From a bacterium (GTDB lineage Bacteria; Patescibacteriota; Minisyncoccia; Phycocordibacterales; UBA9973): a stretch of 64,000 nucleotides of DNA. Shown here one piece after another: positions 40,301 through 50,243 of this stretch. How positions within the stretch are numbered: the stretch's first letter is position 1; the number at the start of each line of letters is the position of its first letter. The translations under genes and the position numbers were made by a program. The stretch is from assembly GCA_021824345.1 (NCBI GenBank), contig JAKAKW010000006.1, forward strand, positions 10,257-74,256, written 5' to 3'. The notes under the pieces were generated by a model. It was not told where the DNA came from. It made no database searches and worked only from the letters and a program-made list of their open reading frames with translations.

Positions 40301-42055
40301 ATGACGACAGAAACCCAGCAATGCCAGAATTGTAAAAATGATTTCACCATTGAACCGGAAGACTTCGGTTTCTACGAAAAAATCAAAGTGCCTCCGCCCA
40401 CTTGGTGCCCGGAGTGTCGCTTGGTTCGACGCTTGATCTGGCGCAATGAGCGCGAGCTGTATAAAAGAAAATGCTCAATGTGCGGGAAGGACATGATTTC
40501 CATTTGCGGTCCATTTAATACTTCGACTGTATATTGCAAAGATTGCTGGTGGAGCGACAAATGGGATCCGATGTCGTACGGTGCTGAATATGATTTTGGA
40601 AAAGATTTTTTTACTCAATTCCAAGACCTCATGAGAAAAGTTCCCTTAATTAGCCTGTTCACCGGGGGAACGCAAGTGAACTCAGATTATACGAACTTTA
40701 CTGCCAGTAACCGGGACAGTTATTTGGTTTTTGGCGGAAATGAAAATGAACAAGTGACTTATGCCAAGAATGCCTCATATTCAAAAAACTCCTCAGATAT
40801 TTTGAGCGGGGATAAGCTGGAATTATGCTATGAGGACATTGAATGTATTAATTCTTACCGTCTATCTTTTAGCCGGCAATGCGAGAATTGTACGGACTCC
40901 GTCTTTCTTTTTGACTGCAGAAACTGCCAAAACTGTTTTGCCTGCGTCAATTTGCGCAACAAAAGTTATTGCATTTGGAACACGCAGTACAGTAGAGAAG
41001 ACTACCTGAGAAAGATAGAGGAAATGAAACTGGGCAGCAATTCGTCGCTGCAGAAAACAAAGGCGCAATTTAAGGATTTTTCAGAAAAGGCAATTTGCAA
41101 ATATGCGCATATGCTGAACACAAAAGGCTCAACGGGCAACAATCAGGAAAATACCAGGAATTGCAGATCGTGCTTTGACGTGTTCGGCGACGGGTCGGAG
41201 AACAGCAAATATTCCCATTATGTAGTCAAAGGGATAAGCGATTCTTATGATAATTATGGCGTGAAAAGGGCTGAAAGGGTATATGAGACTATTGCCATAG
41301 GATTCGAAATGAACGAGAATTCCGATTATTATTTTGATTTTTTCGTAAAAGGGTGCAGCCGGGCATATTATTCCAGCAACTGCATATCCTGCGACGATAT
41401 ATTCGGATGCGCCAATTTGCGGAAAAAGCAATATTGCATTTTAAATCGCCAGTATTCCAAAGAAGAGTACGAAGCACTTTTGCCGAAAATAATAAAGCAG
41501 ATGGGCGATATGCCCTATACGGACAAGACAGGGAAAGTATATAGATTTGGCGAATTTTTCCCTCCTGAATTTTCTCCTTTTGCGTACAACGAGGCTATCG
41601 TGCAGGAATATTTTCCACTGGACGAAAAGAGAGCGAGTGAACGTGGTTTTGCCTGGAGAAAAAGAGAGGAGCGTGATTATAAGATTGACATTGAATATGA
41701 AAAGCTCCCTGACGACATAAAAGATTCTGCCGACGATATTGCCGGCAAAGTTATTGAATGCGCACACAAAGGAGAGTGTGATGAGCAATGTACGGAAGCG
41801 TTTAAGATTCTTCCCAAAGAACTAGTCTTTTATAGACAAATTGGTGTTCCATTGCCGCGTCTTTGCCCTAATTGCCGGCATTACGAAAGACAGAAGCAAA
41901 GGAATCCTATGAGGCTTTGGCATCGCTCCTGCATGTGTGACAAGCAGAATCATGGTCACCAAGGTGCTTGCCCCAACATTTTTGAGACCAGCTATGCTCC
42001 CGAACGGCCCGAAAAAATATATTGCGAAGAGTGCTACAACAAAGAGGTATATTAG
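40301..42055 (+). CDS. Cys-rich protein of unknown function (paralog 2)
   Basis: CPECRLVRR..RNERELY, CxNCF repeats and YCEECYNKEVY. Confidence 0.87.
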   Translation: MTTETQQCQNCKNDFTIEPEDFGFYEKIKVPPPTWCPECRLVRRLIWRNERELYKRKCSMCGKDMISICGPFNTSTVYCKDCWWSDKWDPMSYGAEYDFGKDFFTQFQDLMRKVPLISLFTGGTQVNSDYTNFTASNRDSYLVFGGNENEQVTYAKNASYSKNSSDILSGDKLELCYEDIECINSYRLSFSRQCENCTDSVFLFDCRNCQNCFACVNLRNKSYCIWNTQYSREDYLRKIEEMKLGSNSSLQKTKAQFKDFSEKAICKYAHMLNTKGSTGNNQENTRNCRSCFDVFGDGSENSKYSHYVVKGISDSYDNYGVKRAERVYETIAIGFEMNENSDYYFDFFVKGCSRAYYSSNCISCDDIFGCANLRKKQYCILNRQYSKEEYEALLPKIIKQMGDMPYTDKTGKVYRFGEFFPPEFSPFAYNEAIVQEYFPLDEKRASERGFAWRKREERDYKIDIEYEKLPDDIKDSADDIAGKVIECAHKGECDEQCTEAFKILPKELVFYRQIGVPLPRLCPNCRHYERQKQRNPMRLWHRSCMCDKQNHGHQGACPNIFETSYAPERPEKIYCEECYNKEVY

Positions 42056-42057
42056 CC

Positions 42058-43797
42058 ATGCCGCCCGAGACCAAACAATGCCAAAATTGCAAGGGGAGCT
42101 TCATCATTGACCCCGAAGATTTCTCATTTTACGAAAAAATCAAAGTGCCTCCGCCGACATGGTGTCCGGAATGCCGGATGCAAAGGCGATTGCGATTCAG
42201 AAATGAAAGAGAATTGTATCACTTTACTTGCGGACTCTGCGGGAAGAGGGGTATTTCAATGTACAAACCGGAATCTCCCTTTCCCATATATTGCGTGAAC
42301 TGCTGGTATTCTGACAAATGGGATGAGCTCTCTTGCGGTGCGGATTATGATTTTTCCAAGCCATTTTTTGAACAAATGAACGATCTGTTTAAAAAAGTTC
42401 CGCGAGCCAATATTTTTCTGAGGAATATAGTGAACGGGGAATATTCAAACATCAACGGAGAAAGTAAAAACGTGTATCTTACGTATTCGGCCAACGGATC
42501 GGAAAATGCGTATTACTCCAAAGCCGTAGATAAATCCAAAGGCGTTTTTGATTGTTTGAATACCGTAAGCTGCGGAAACTGCTACGAAGTCGTACGCGGA
42601 GAAAATAATTACAACTGCAGCTTTTTGACTTTGTCTCGCAATTGCATAGACTCTTCTTTTCTTTACGATTGCTCGGATTGCAGCAACTGCTTTTTATGCG
42701 CTGGATTGTGCAGTAAGAAATTCTGCATTGAAAACAAGCAATATTCCGAATCTGAATATAACGACAAGGTGAAGCACATGAATACGAGAAGCAGGGCAGG
42801 AGTAAAAAAAGTTAAAGAAAAGTGGACAGAACTTATTCTTAAGTTTCCGCATAGATACGCATATATAATGCGGTCTGTGAACAGCACCGGGGACGATTTG
42901 GAAGGCGATAAAAATGTAAAATTATCTTTTGAAATATATAACAGCGAAAATACCAAGTTCCTCCTTCGATGCTTTGGAGCCAAGGATTCATACGACGGAA
43001 ATAATATTGCGAACTCCGAAATGGTGTACGAGTTTGCGGGCGGGGGCGCGAATGACAGCTCGCGCCTCTTGTTCTCCAGCAATGGAATAAAAAACCTAAG
43101 AAATGCCGAATATACAGATTACTGTTTCTCTTCTTCAGACGTATTCGGCGGAATATCCTTAAGAGGGAAGAAATATTGCATTTTGAACAGGCAATATTCA
43201 GAGCAAGAATACAAAAGATTGCTGCCGAAGGTGATTCAGCACATGAATAACATGCCGTACAAAGACGCAAGCGGGAATGTTTACAAATACGGGGAATTTT
43301 TCCCGCCTGAACTTTCTACGTTTTGTTACAACGAGTCTTTAGCTCAGGAGTATTTCACTTTAACCAAAGATGAAGCGGAAAAACGCGGATATTCATGGAA
43401 GGACAGGGAAGAGAGAAATCTTGACATTAATATCAAATACGAAGATATCCCGGATGATATCAAGAATGTGAATGAAGAAATTGTCGGCAAGGTCATTGAA
43501 TGCGGGCACAGGGGCGCATGCAATGAAAGATGTACAGGGGCTTTCAAAATAATCCAAGAAGAATTTTACTTTTATATAAAAGCTGGAATTCCTTTGCCTG
43601 GCCTCTGCCCTAATTGCCGGTATTATGAAAGGCTAAAACAAAAAAACCCTATAAAGCTCTGGCACAGGGCATGCATGTGCGAAAACATGAGTCATGGCCA
43701 CAAGGAAAAATGCCAGAACGAGTTTGAGACTCCATATGCCCCTGAGCGGCCCGAAAAAATATATTGCGAAGAGTGCTATAACAAAGAAGTTTATTAG
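42058..43797 (+). CDS. Cys-rich protein of unknown function (paralog 3)
   Basis: Tandem paralog; ATG lies 2 nt after the previous stop. Confidence 0.87.
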   Translation: MPPETKQCQNCKGSFIIDPEDFSFYEKIKVPPPTWCPECRMQRRLRFRNERELYHFTCGLCGKRGISMYKPESPFPIYCVNCWYSDKWDELSCGADYDFSKPFFEQMNDLFKKVPRANIFLRNIVNGEYSNINGESKNVYLTYSANGSENAYYSKAVDKSKGVFDCLNTVSCGNCYEVVRGENNYNCSFLTLSRNCIDSSFLYDCSDCSNCFLCAGLCSKKFCIENKQYSESEYNDKVKHMNTRSRAGVKKVKEKWTELILKFPHRYAYIMRSVNSTGDDLEGDKNVKLSFEIYNSENTKFLLRCFGAKDSYDGNNIANSEMVYEFAGGGANDSSRLLFSSNGIKNLRNAEYTDYCFSSSDVFGGISLRGKKYCILNRQYSEQEYKRLLPKVIQHMNNMPYKDASGNVYKYGEFFPPELSTFCYNESLAQEYFTLTKDEAEKRGYSWKDREERNLDINIKYEDIPDDIKNVNEEIVGKVIECGHRGACNERCTGAFKIIQEEFYFYIKAGIPLPGLCPNCRYYERLKQKNPIKLWHRACMCENMSHGHKEKCQNEFETPYAPERPEKIYCEECYNKEVY

Positions 43798-43812
43798 ACC
43801 ACACATTAAAAA

Positions 43813-43832
43813 GTGGGAGGCAAGGCCTCCAG
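43813..43832 (+). repeat. REP-like palindrome family A
   Basis: GTGGGAGGCAAGGCCTCCAG. Confidence 0.65.
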
Positions 43833-43863
43833 CTTTTGGATATGTGGTAAAATTAATGGCAAT

Positions 43864-44598
43864 ATGAAAACCAAGCTGATTCACGAGGTTCGGGCGGTAA
43901 AAACAAAAAAAGAGCTTGCCAATATCATCAAGGCGCAAAGAATAAGCGAGGAGGTGCTGAAAGATGCTCTTAAGCACTTGCATACAGGCATAAACGAGAA
44001 AGAAATGGAAGCCTTCATTAGGCGCGCCTTTGTCAGGCATAAGGCTCATGTGCTTTCCTTTGAGCCGATTGTGGCCTTTGGCAGGGGAAGCGCCGATATC
44101 CATCACGCGCCCGGCAAATATAAATTAAAATCCGGCGACATTATCATGTTTGATTTCGGCACAACAGTGAACCATTACTGTTCCGACATGACCCGTACAT
44201 ATTTTTGGAGCAAGCCGACCAAGCGGCAGGAAAAAATTTACAAGGCCGTGCTTTTCGCGCAGGAAAAGGCAATAGAGAAAATTGCAAAAGGAGAGAAACG
44301 GGCATGGATAATTGACCGCTCCGCAAGGCAATTTCTTGCAAGCAAGTTCGGCAAGGATAATTTTCGGCACGGTCTCGGACACGGAGTGGGAACGGTAATC
44401 CATGAATGGCCCGGGCTTACCCCAAAGAGCAAAGACATCTTGCCAGTCGGATGCGTTATGACAGTCGAGCCAGGCCTGTATTTCAAGGGCTGGGGCGGAA
44501 TACGCATTGAAGACATGGTTTTGGTGACCAAATCGGGCTGTAAAAACCTCACCAAAAGCTCTAAAACGCTTGAGAATGCAATATTAAATGAGAAATGA
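43864..44598 (+). CDS. M24 family Xaa-Pro peptidase (catalytic domain only)
   Basis: DFG..YCSDMTRT, HGLGHGVG..IHE, EPGLY and RIED motifs. Confidence 0.92.
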   Translation: MKTKLIHEVRAVKTKKELANIIKAQRISEEVLKDALKHLHTGINEKEMEAFIRRAFVRHKAHVLSFEPIVAFGRGSADIHHAPGKYKLKSGDIIMFDFGTTVNHYCSDMTRTYFWSKPTKRQEKIYKAVLFAQEKAIEKIAKGEKRAWIIDRSARQFLASKFGKDNFRHGLGHGVGTVIHEWPGLTPKSKDILPVGCVMTVEPGLYFKGWGGIRIEDMVLVTKSGCKNLTKSSKTLENAILNEK

Positions 44599-44610
44599 TA
44601 TACTTTCCCC

Positions 44611-45672
44611 ATGTCTAAAAAACGGATCAAGGTGGGCGTGATTTTCGGCGGTAAATCGGCTGAGCACGAGGTGTCCCTGCAGTCCGCACGGAATGTTATA
44701 AACGCGCTGGACAAGAAAAAGTATGAAGTGGTACCCATAGGCATTAGTAAGGACGGAAAATGGTTTTTGGGCGACAGTAGAAAATATCTATTAAACGAAA
44801 GTAATCCAAAACTCATTAGGCTGAATAAATCAAATAAGGAGGTTGTTTTGTTCGGAGAAAGGGCCGGTCCTGCTGGGAGATTGGATGTGGTGTTTCCGGT
44901 GCTTCACGGTCCCTACGGTGAGGACGGAAGCGTGCAAGGCATGCTCAAGCTGGCGGGTATTCCGTTTGTCGGTGCAGGCGTGCTTGGTTCTGCTGTCGGC
45001 ATGGACAAAGATACTGCCAAAAGGCTTTTGCGCGAGGCCGGCATAAATGTCGCCGACTATCTTGTATTTCAGGGCAAAAACAAAATCCGCCCTACTGAGA
45101 TTTATAAGAAACTTGGCAGGCCGGTTTACGTGAAGCCGTCTAACATGGGCTCATCCGTCGGTGTTTCAAAAGCGGAGAATGATGCCGAGCTCCGAAACGC
45201 AACAAAGGAGGCTTTTAAGTTTGATACAAAAATAATTATTGAAGAAGAAATAAAAGGCAGGGAAATTGAATGCTCCGTCTTGGGCAACGAAAAACCGATT
45301 GCCTCCTTGCCGGGCGAGATCATTCCCGATGATGAATTTTACTCTTACGACGCAAAATACATAACTGAAGGAACCCGGCTGGTTGTTCCCGCCAAGCTCT
45401 CAAAGAGCCTTATTAAAAAGGTGCAGAACACTGCCGTCCAGGTCTTCAAAACACTGAACTGCGAGGGCATGGGCCGGGTTGACTTTTTCCTTACCCAAAA
45501 GGGGAAATTGTACGTAAACGAGATTAATACCATTCCGGGTTTTACCAATATCAGCATGTATCCAAAGCTTTGGGAAGCCAGCGGGATTTCTCAACCCGAA
45601 CTTTTTGATAGGCTAATAGGACTTGCCCTGGAAAGGCACAGGAAGGAGAAAAAACTGAAGAGCTCCGTATAG
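44611..45672 (+). CDS. ddl: D-alanine-D-alanine ligase
   Basis: GGKSAEHEVS, LHGPYGEDG, GSSVG, YDAKY and EINTIPG. Confidence 0.97.
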   Translation: MSKKRIKVGVIFGGKSAEHEVSLQSARNVINALDKKKYEVVPIGISKDGKWFLGDSRKYLLNESNPKLIRLNKSNKEVVLFGERAGPAGRLDVVFPVLHGPYGEDGSVQGMLKLAGIPFVGAGVLGSAVGMDKDTAKRLLREAGINVADYLVFQGKNKIRPTEIYKKLGRPVYVKPSNMGSSVGVSKAENDAELRNATKEAFKFDTKIIIEEEIKGREIECSVLGNEKPIASLPGEIIPDDEFYSYDAKYITEGTRLVVPAKLSKSLIKKVQNTAVQVFKTLNCEGMGRVDFFLTQKGKLYVNEINTIPGFTNISMYPKLWEASGISQPELFDRLIGLALERHRKEKKLKSSV

Positions 45673-45711
45673 CTTGCAAATTAAAGCGATTTATAGTAAC
45701 TTATATCCATT

Positions 45712-45870
45712 ATGTCACAAGATAGACTTATAAAACTGGCTTGCGGAAACTGCAAGAGAATTAATTATTGGTCAAGCAAAAACAGGAAGACGGTGACCAA
45801 GAAAATAGAGCTCAATAAGTACTGCAAGTGGTGCAAGAAAAGTACCAAACACAAGGAAATTAAGAAATAA
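45712..45870 (+). CDS. rpmG: 50S ribosomal protein L33 (Zn-binding form), not in the ORF track
   Basis: MSQDRLIKLACGNCKRINY...KYCKWCKKSTKHKE. Confidence 0.95.
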   Translation: MSQDRLIKLACGNCKRINYWSSKNRKTVTKKIELNKYCKWCKKSTKHKEIKK

Positions 45871-46034
45871 TCCTTGCGCGGACCGTATTTGTGGCGGGTG
45901 TTTCCGCCAAATGTTACAATTGATGTGCGGCAAGCGTTTGCCGCGCGTTCTTTGCATTAAAGAGGCATTATTATCAATTTTTGCCTCCTTTACCTCTCCG
46001 GTTTTCCGCTATATGGCGGACCGGAGAGGGGATA

Positions 46035-46105
46035 GGGCGATTAGTTAAGTGGTATAACTTCGGTCTCCAAAACCGATGTCGGGGGTTCGATTCCCTCATC
46101 GCCCG
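46035..46105 (+). tRNA. tRNA-Trp(CCA)
   Basis: GGGCGAT/ATCGCCC acceptor stem; TCGGT-CTCCAAA-ACCGA anticodon arm. Confidence 0.94.
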
Positions 46106-46974
46106 CCCTTCCATTTTATTTCCTTATCACGTTTGAACCATTGCATCTGCCGCTTGGCGTAGCGCCAGCTTTCGGTTTTGATTTTTGAGAGCATTTCCTC
46201 TCTGCTGATTTTCTTTTGCAGGTATTGCGCCACATACCGGTACTCAAGGCCGAGCTCTTCCAGGCGTCTCCAGGAAAGGCTGTCCTCATGCAGTTTGCGC
46301 ACCTCTGATACCATTCCCTCTTTCATTCTGGCCAAAAGACGCTTTTTAATTTTTCTCTTTAGTTCATTTTCCGGCAATTTCAGGCCTATTTTCATAAACT
46401 CATATTTGGACGCAGGGTTACCCTCCGCCCTAGACGGCAGGGGAGGCACACGGCCCAATTTTTTAGCAATCTCAATGGCTCTCACCAGGCGCACTTTGTT
46501 TTTTGCATCAATATTTTTTGCACGTTTCGGATCTATTTTCCTGAGCAGTTTAAAAAGCTCGTCAGCTCCCTTTTTTTCAAGGAGATTGCGCATGGCCTGA
46601 TTCGGCGGGACCTCGGGAAAAACGATGCCCTTGGTTATAGAATCAATATACAATCCGGTGCCTCCGCAAATTATTGGAGTTTTACCGCGGGCCAAAATTT
46701 TTTTAATGGCTGCCATTGCCAGCTTCTGGTATTGCGCCGCTGTAAACCTGCGTTTCGGGCTCGCAACATCCAAAAGATGGTGCGGCACCCCGCGCATTTC
46801 TTTTTTTGTAATTTTTCCGCTGCCAATATCAAGCCCTTTGTAGACCTGTCTTGAATCGGCCGATACCACTTCTCCGCCGATTTTTCGCGCCATTTTTACC
46901 GCCAAAGCGCTCTTGCCTGCGGCAGTCTGTCCCAGAATGACAATAATTTTTTGCTTATTTGAATAAACGGACAT
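46096..46974 (-). CDS. miaA: tRNA dimethylallyltransferase
   Basis: GQTAAGKS, SADSRQVY, GGTGLY and YAKRQ; stop overlaps the tRNA-Trp 3' end. Confidence 0.96.
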   Translation of the reverse strand: MSVYSNKQKIIVILGQTAAGKSALAVKMARKIGGEVVSADSRQVYKGLDIGSGKITKKEMRGVPHHLLDVASPKRRFTAAQYQKLAMAAIKKILARGKTPIICGGTGLYIDSITKGIVFPEVPPNQAMRNLLEKKGADELFKLLRKIDPKRAKNIDAKNKVRLVRAIEIAKKLGRVPPLPSRAEGNPASKYEFMKIGLKLPENELKRKIKKRLLARMKEGMVSEVRKLHEDSLSWRRLEELGLEYRYVAQYLQKKISREEMLSKIKTESWRYAKRQMQWFKRDKEIKWKGGR

Positions 46975-48489
46975 TTATATGCCGCGCAGTATCTTAATAT
47001 CCGCGCCGATTTTATTGAACCGTTCGGCGATTTCCTCGTATCCGCGATTGATCATGTATACGTTTCGAAGCACTGAAGTGCCCGGCGCGGCCAGCATGGC
47101 TATCATAATTACCATGGAGGGCCGAAGAGCCGGCGGACACACCACCTGGGCGGATTTGAAATCCGTTTTTCCGGTAATATACACGCGGTGCGGGTCGGCC
47201 AGGGTGACGTTCGCTCCCAGGCGGGTAAGCTCTGCCAGATATATGGCTCGATTTTCATAAAACCAGTCGTGAATCAAAGTCGTACCCTCCGCCCGAGCGG
47301 CAATGGGAGCAAAAAAAGGTAAATTGTCGATATTTATCCCCGGGAAAGGATTGGCATGCAGTTTTTCCTCCGGCGCTTTTAACTTGCTTGGAAAAATTTC
47401 AAGATCAACCAATTTTGTGCGGTTATTCTTGAAAAGATATTGTTTAAGCACTTTGTATTTCAGCCCCATTTTTTTCAGCTTGTATAATTCCAAGGTCAAA
47501 AAGTCAATCGGGCATCTTCGAATGATCAGATGCGAATCGGTGGCGATTGCGGCTGAAATAAACATCATAGACTCAATCGGATCCTCGCTGTTCCAATATT
47601 CCGCATTCTTTTTAATTTCCTTTAACCCGTGCACTTTTAAGGTGCCGGTGCCTATACCTTCTATTTTCACACCCAGGGTTTCCAAAAAGTAGCAAATCTC
47701 CTGTACCATATAATTTCCGCTGGCGCATTCAATCACCGTTTCGCCCGGCGTCAAAGCGGCGGCCATAAGGACGTTTTCAGTGGCGGTATCCCCGGATTCG
47801 TACATTACAATTCCCGCAGGCTTGATCTTCTCCGCCGAAACCTCATAGCTGTTGTTGGTAGTTCTAATTTTAATGCCCATTTCCTCCAATGCGTACTTGT
47901 GGGCGCTTATTGTGCGCTTTCCCAGCTTGCATCCTTCGGCATGGGGCAAGGAAAAGCTTTTTAAATAGTGCACCAGGGGCCCCATAAACATTATTATTGA
48001 ACGCGTCTTAAGAGAGGATTCCACGTTAATATTTTTCAACTTGAATGCCTTGGGAGGAGTGACTTCTAGGCAGTTCTTGCCGGTCCATTCCACTTTTACT
48101 CCGATGCTTTCCAAAATTTCGATAACTCGGTATACCTCCTCAATATGAGCAATGCCGTGCAAAACGGTTTTCCCGCGGTTAAGAAGGGAAGCGCACAAGA
48201 GTCCCACTGATCCGTTCTTGGAATATGCGGTGGTAATTTCTCCGTGCAGTTTTTTCCCGCCGTTAATTTCAAAATCCAATGATGTTCCGACCGATACCAC
48301 ATTTCTTTCCAGCACTTCGCCCACTTTCTGCAAGATATCCGTGGTGAAGTTCTGCTGGCCCTTTTCCATGCGGGCCACCGCGCTCTGGGAAGTGCCCAAG
48401 GCCCTGGCAAAATCCCCCTGGGTCATGTCCTTGCGTTCGCGCAATTGCTTGATAAAACTGCCTATCTCTTTTTGTGATGAGTTTTTCAT
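46975..48489 (-). CDS. murA: UDP-GlcNAc 1-carboxyvinyltransferase with N-terminal XRE HTH
   Basis: TQGDFARALGTSQSAVARMEKG HTH, then KN, GCKLGKR, ENR and RGYE. Confidence 0.93.
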   Translation of the reverse strand: MKNSSQKEIGSFIKQLRERKDMTQGDFARALGTSQSAVARMEKGQQNFTTDILQKVGEVLERNVVSVGTSLDFEINGGKKLHGEITTAYSKNGSVGLLCASLLNRGKTVLHGIAHIEEVYRVIEILESIGVKVEWTGKNCLEVTPPKAFKLKNINVESSLKTRSIIMFMGPLVHYLKSFSLPHAEGCKLGKRTISAHKYALEEMGIKIRTTNNSYEVSAEKIKPAGIVMYESGDTATENVLMAAALTPGETVIECASGNYMVQEICYFLETLGVKIEGIGTGTLKVHGLKEIKKNAEYWNSEDPIESMMFISAAIATDSHLIIRRCPIDFLTLELYKLKKMGLKYKVLKQYLFKNNRTKLVDLEIFPSKLKAPEEKLHANPFPGINIDNLPFFAPIAARAEGTTLIHDWFYENRAIYLAELTRLGANVTLADPHRVYITGKTDFKSAQVVCPPALRPSMVIMIAMLAAPGTSVLRNVYMINRGYEEIAERFNKIGADIKILRGI

Positions 48490-48521
48490 ATAATATTTCT
48501 TATTGCTAAGAATGGATATTA

Positions 48522-48539
48522 TATATCATATATGATATA
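48522..48539. promoter_or_regulatory. 18-bp palindrome, candidate operator
   Basis: TATATCATATATGATATA between the divergent murA and NUDIX genes. Confidence 0.5.
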
Positions 48540-48547
48540 ATGCAAGT

Positions 48548-49021
48548 ATGAATAGGCCGGACTTTAAAGTTAGTGTGTTTGGAATCATAATCAATGATCA
48601 AGACCAAGTACTTCTGTGCTTGCGAAATGATTATGACGTTTGGAATCTACCCGGAGGCGGGCTCGAAAAAGGTGAAGCACCATGGGAAGGTGTAATCAGG
48701 GAAATAACAGAAGAAACCGGGATAAATGTAAATGTATCTAGACTGGTTGGAGTTTATAGTAAGCCTCAAAAAGATGAAATCGTCTTCATATTTGAATGCA
48801 GTGTTGTTGGTGGTAAATTAACTTTGACTGACGAGGCCCGTGACATTAAATATTTTTCCAAGGAAAAAATACCCTCAAATACAGTTGAAAAACAAGTAGA
48901 ACGAATTAATGATTATTTTAATAGTGCTGTGCTAACACTTAAAAAGCAGACAGGACCCTCGTTCTTGGAAACTATTCAGAAAGATAAATTACCATCTCCT
49001 AAAGAGACGCCCGTTACGTAG
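48548..49021 (+). CDS. NUDIX hydrolase
   Basis: PGGGLEKGE..REITEETG Nudix box. Confidence 0.92.
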   Translation: MNRPDFKVSVFGIIINDQDQVLLCLRNDYDVWNLPGGGLEKGEAPWEGVIREITEETGINVNVSRLVGVYSKPQKDEIVFIFECSVVGGKLTLTDEARDIKYFSKEKIPSNTVEKQVERINDYFNSAVLTLKKQTGPSFLETIQKDKLPSPKETPVT

Positions 49022-49058
49022 GATAGTACAATTTTATCATTGATATGCACCATTTAGG

Positions 49059-49142
49059 TGCCGGAGGTGGGACTTGAACCCACAAGAGGTTGCCCTCGCG
49101 CGATTTTGAGTCGCGAATGTTTACCAATTTCATCACTCCGGC
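49059..49142 (-). tRNA. tRNA-Leu(CAA)
   Basis: GCCGGAG/CTCCGGC acceptor stem, CGCGA-CTCAAAA-TCGCG anticodon arm and a long variable arm. Confidence 0.95.
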
Positions 49143-49246
49143 CTTTCAGCAAACTTTTGCCGCGTTGACGGCAATTCACACATATTACACAGAAATCGCC
49201 CCAAAATCAATTACAAAAAAAGTTTGCGATGTGCTAAAATCAATCC

Positions 49247-50236
49247 ATGTCTAATTTGTATTCAAATTCGATTTTCTGGATTGATACTGACAAGATCAAG
49301 CCGAATCCCTACCAGCCCAGGAGGGATTTTGACGAGGAGCGCCTGCGCGACCTGTCTGATTCAATAAAGCAATACGGAGTACTTCAGCCCCTGACTGTTT
49401 CTCGCTTGGAAATTGCCAAGGAAGACGGAGGGATTTTGGCTGAATACGAATTAATTGCCGGCGAACGCAGATTGCGGGCCGCAAAGATGGCCGGGGTTTC
49501 CCAAGTACCTGTAATAATCCGAGTCGGAGACAGCTCCATGATGAAACTGGAGCTTGCCATACTGGAGAACCTGCAGCGCGAGGATCTGAACGTGGTGGAT
49601 CGCGCCCGCGCTTTTTTCCGCCTTGCCAACGAATTCAAATTCACCCACAACGAGATCGCCAAGAAGCTCGGCCGAAGCAGGGAATACGTTTCAAACTCTC
49701 TCCGCATTCTTGCCTTGCCGGAGGAAATCCTGAATGCAGTTTCTGCCGGAAAAGTCACGGAAGGGCATACCAGGCCATTGCTCATGCTTGCAGATCATCC
49801 TGAAGAGCAAACGGTTCTATTTAAGGAAATACTATACAAGCGAATTACCGTCCGCGAAGCGGAAAGGATTTCCCGCAAGATTGCCACCGACCGGGTGCGC
49901 AAGAAGGAATTCATGCCCGATCCGGAGATTACCGAACTTGAGGGGGAATTTCAGGAAAAGCTCGGTACAAGAGTGCATATCGATAGGAGCGAAATCGGAG
50001 GACAGGTAAAAATTGATTTTTTTTCCACAGAGGATTTGCGCACTATTCTGGAAATGATAAGGAAAACCGAAGAATCAAAAAAGCCTTCCGAAATGCTGGA
50101 TAATCACATAGCAAGGGAATCAGGCCTTAATAACCCCGAAGGAAATCCCGATCAAGAAGCCGCAGAGGATAAGCCCTCCGAACCGCTCGGCCCGGATGAC
50201 TCCGGATTATACGACATATCGAGTTTCAGCATATAG
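49247..50236 (+). CDS. parB: ParB/Spo0J partition protein
   Basis: PYQPRR, AGERRLRA, ENLQREDL and an HTH. Confidence 0.94.
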   Translation: MSNLYSNSIFWIDTDKIKPNPYQPRRDFDEERLRDLSDSIKQYGVLQPLTVSRLEIAKEDGGILAEYELIAGERRLRAAKMAGVSQVPVIIRVGDSSMMKLELAILENLQREDLNVVDRARAFFRLANEFKFTHNEIAKKLGRSREYVSNSLRILALPEEILNAVSAGKVTEGHTRPLLMLADHPEEQTVLFKEILYKRITVREAERISRKIATDRVRKKEFMPDPEITELEGEFQEKLGTRVHIDRSEIGGQVKIDFFSTEDLRTILEMIRKTEESKKPSEMLDNHIARESGLNNPEGNPDQEAAEDKPSEPLGPDDSGLYDISSFSI

Positions 50237-50243
50237 GCCGGTG

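Noticed and set aside
40301-43797. Diversity-generating retroelement TR/VR pair
   Set aside because: No reverse transcriptase in the window, and differences between the paralog ends are mostly synonymous rather than adenine-specific.
48548-49058. Island at the tRNA-Leu 3' end carrying the AT-rich NUDIX gene
   Set aside because: No convincing duplicate of the tRNA 3' end and no integrase found.
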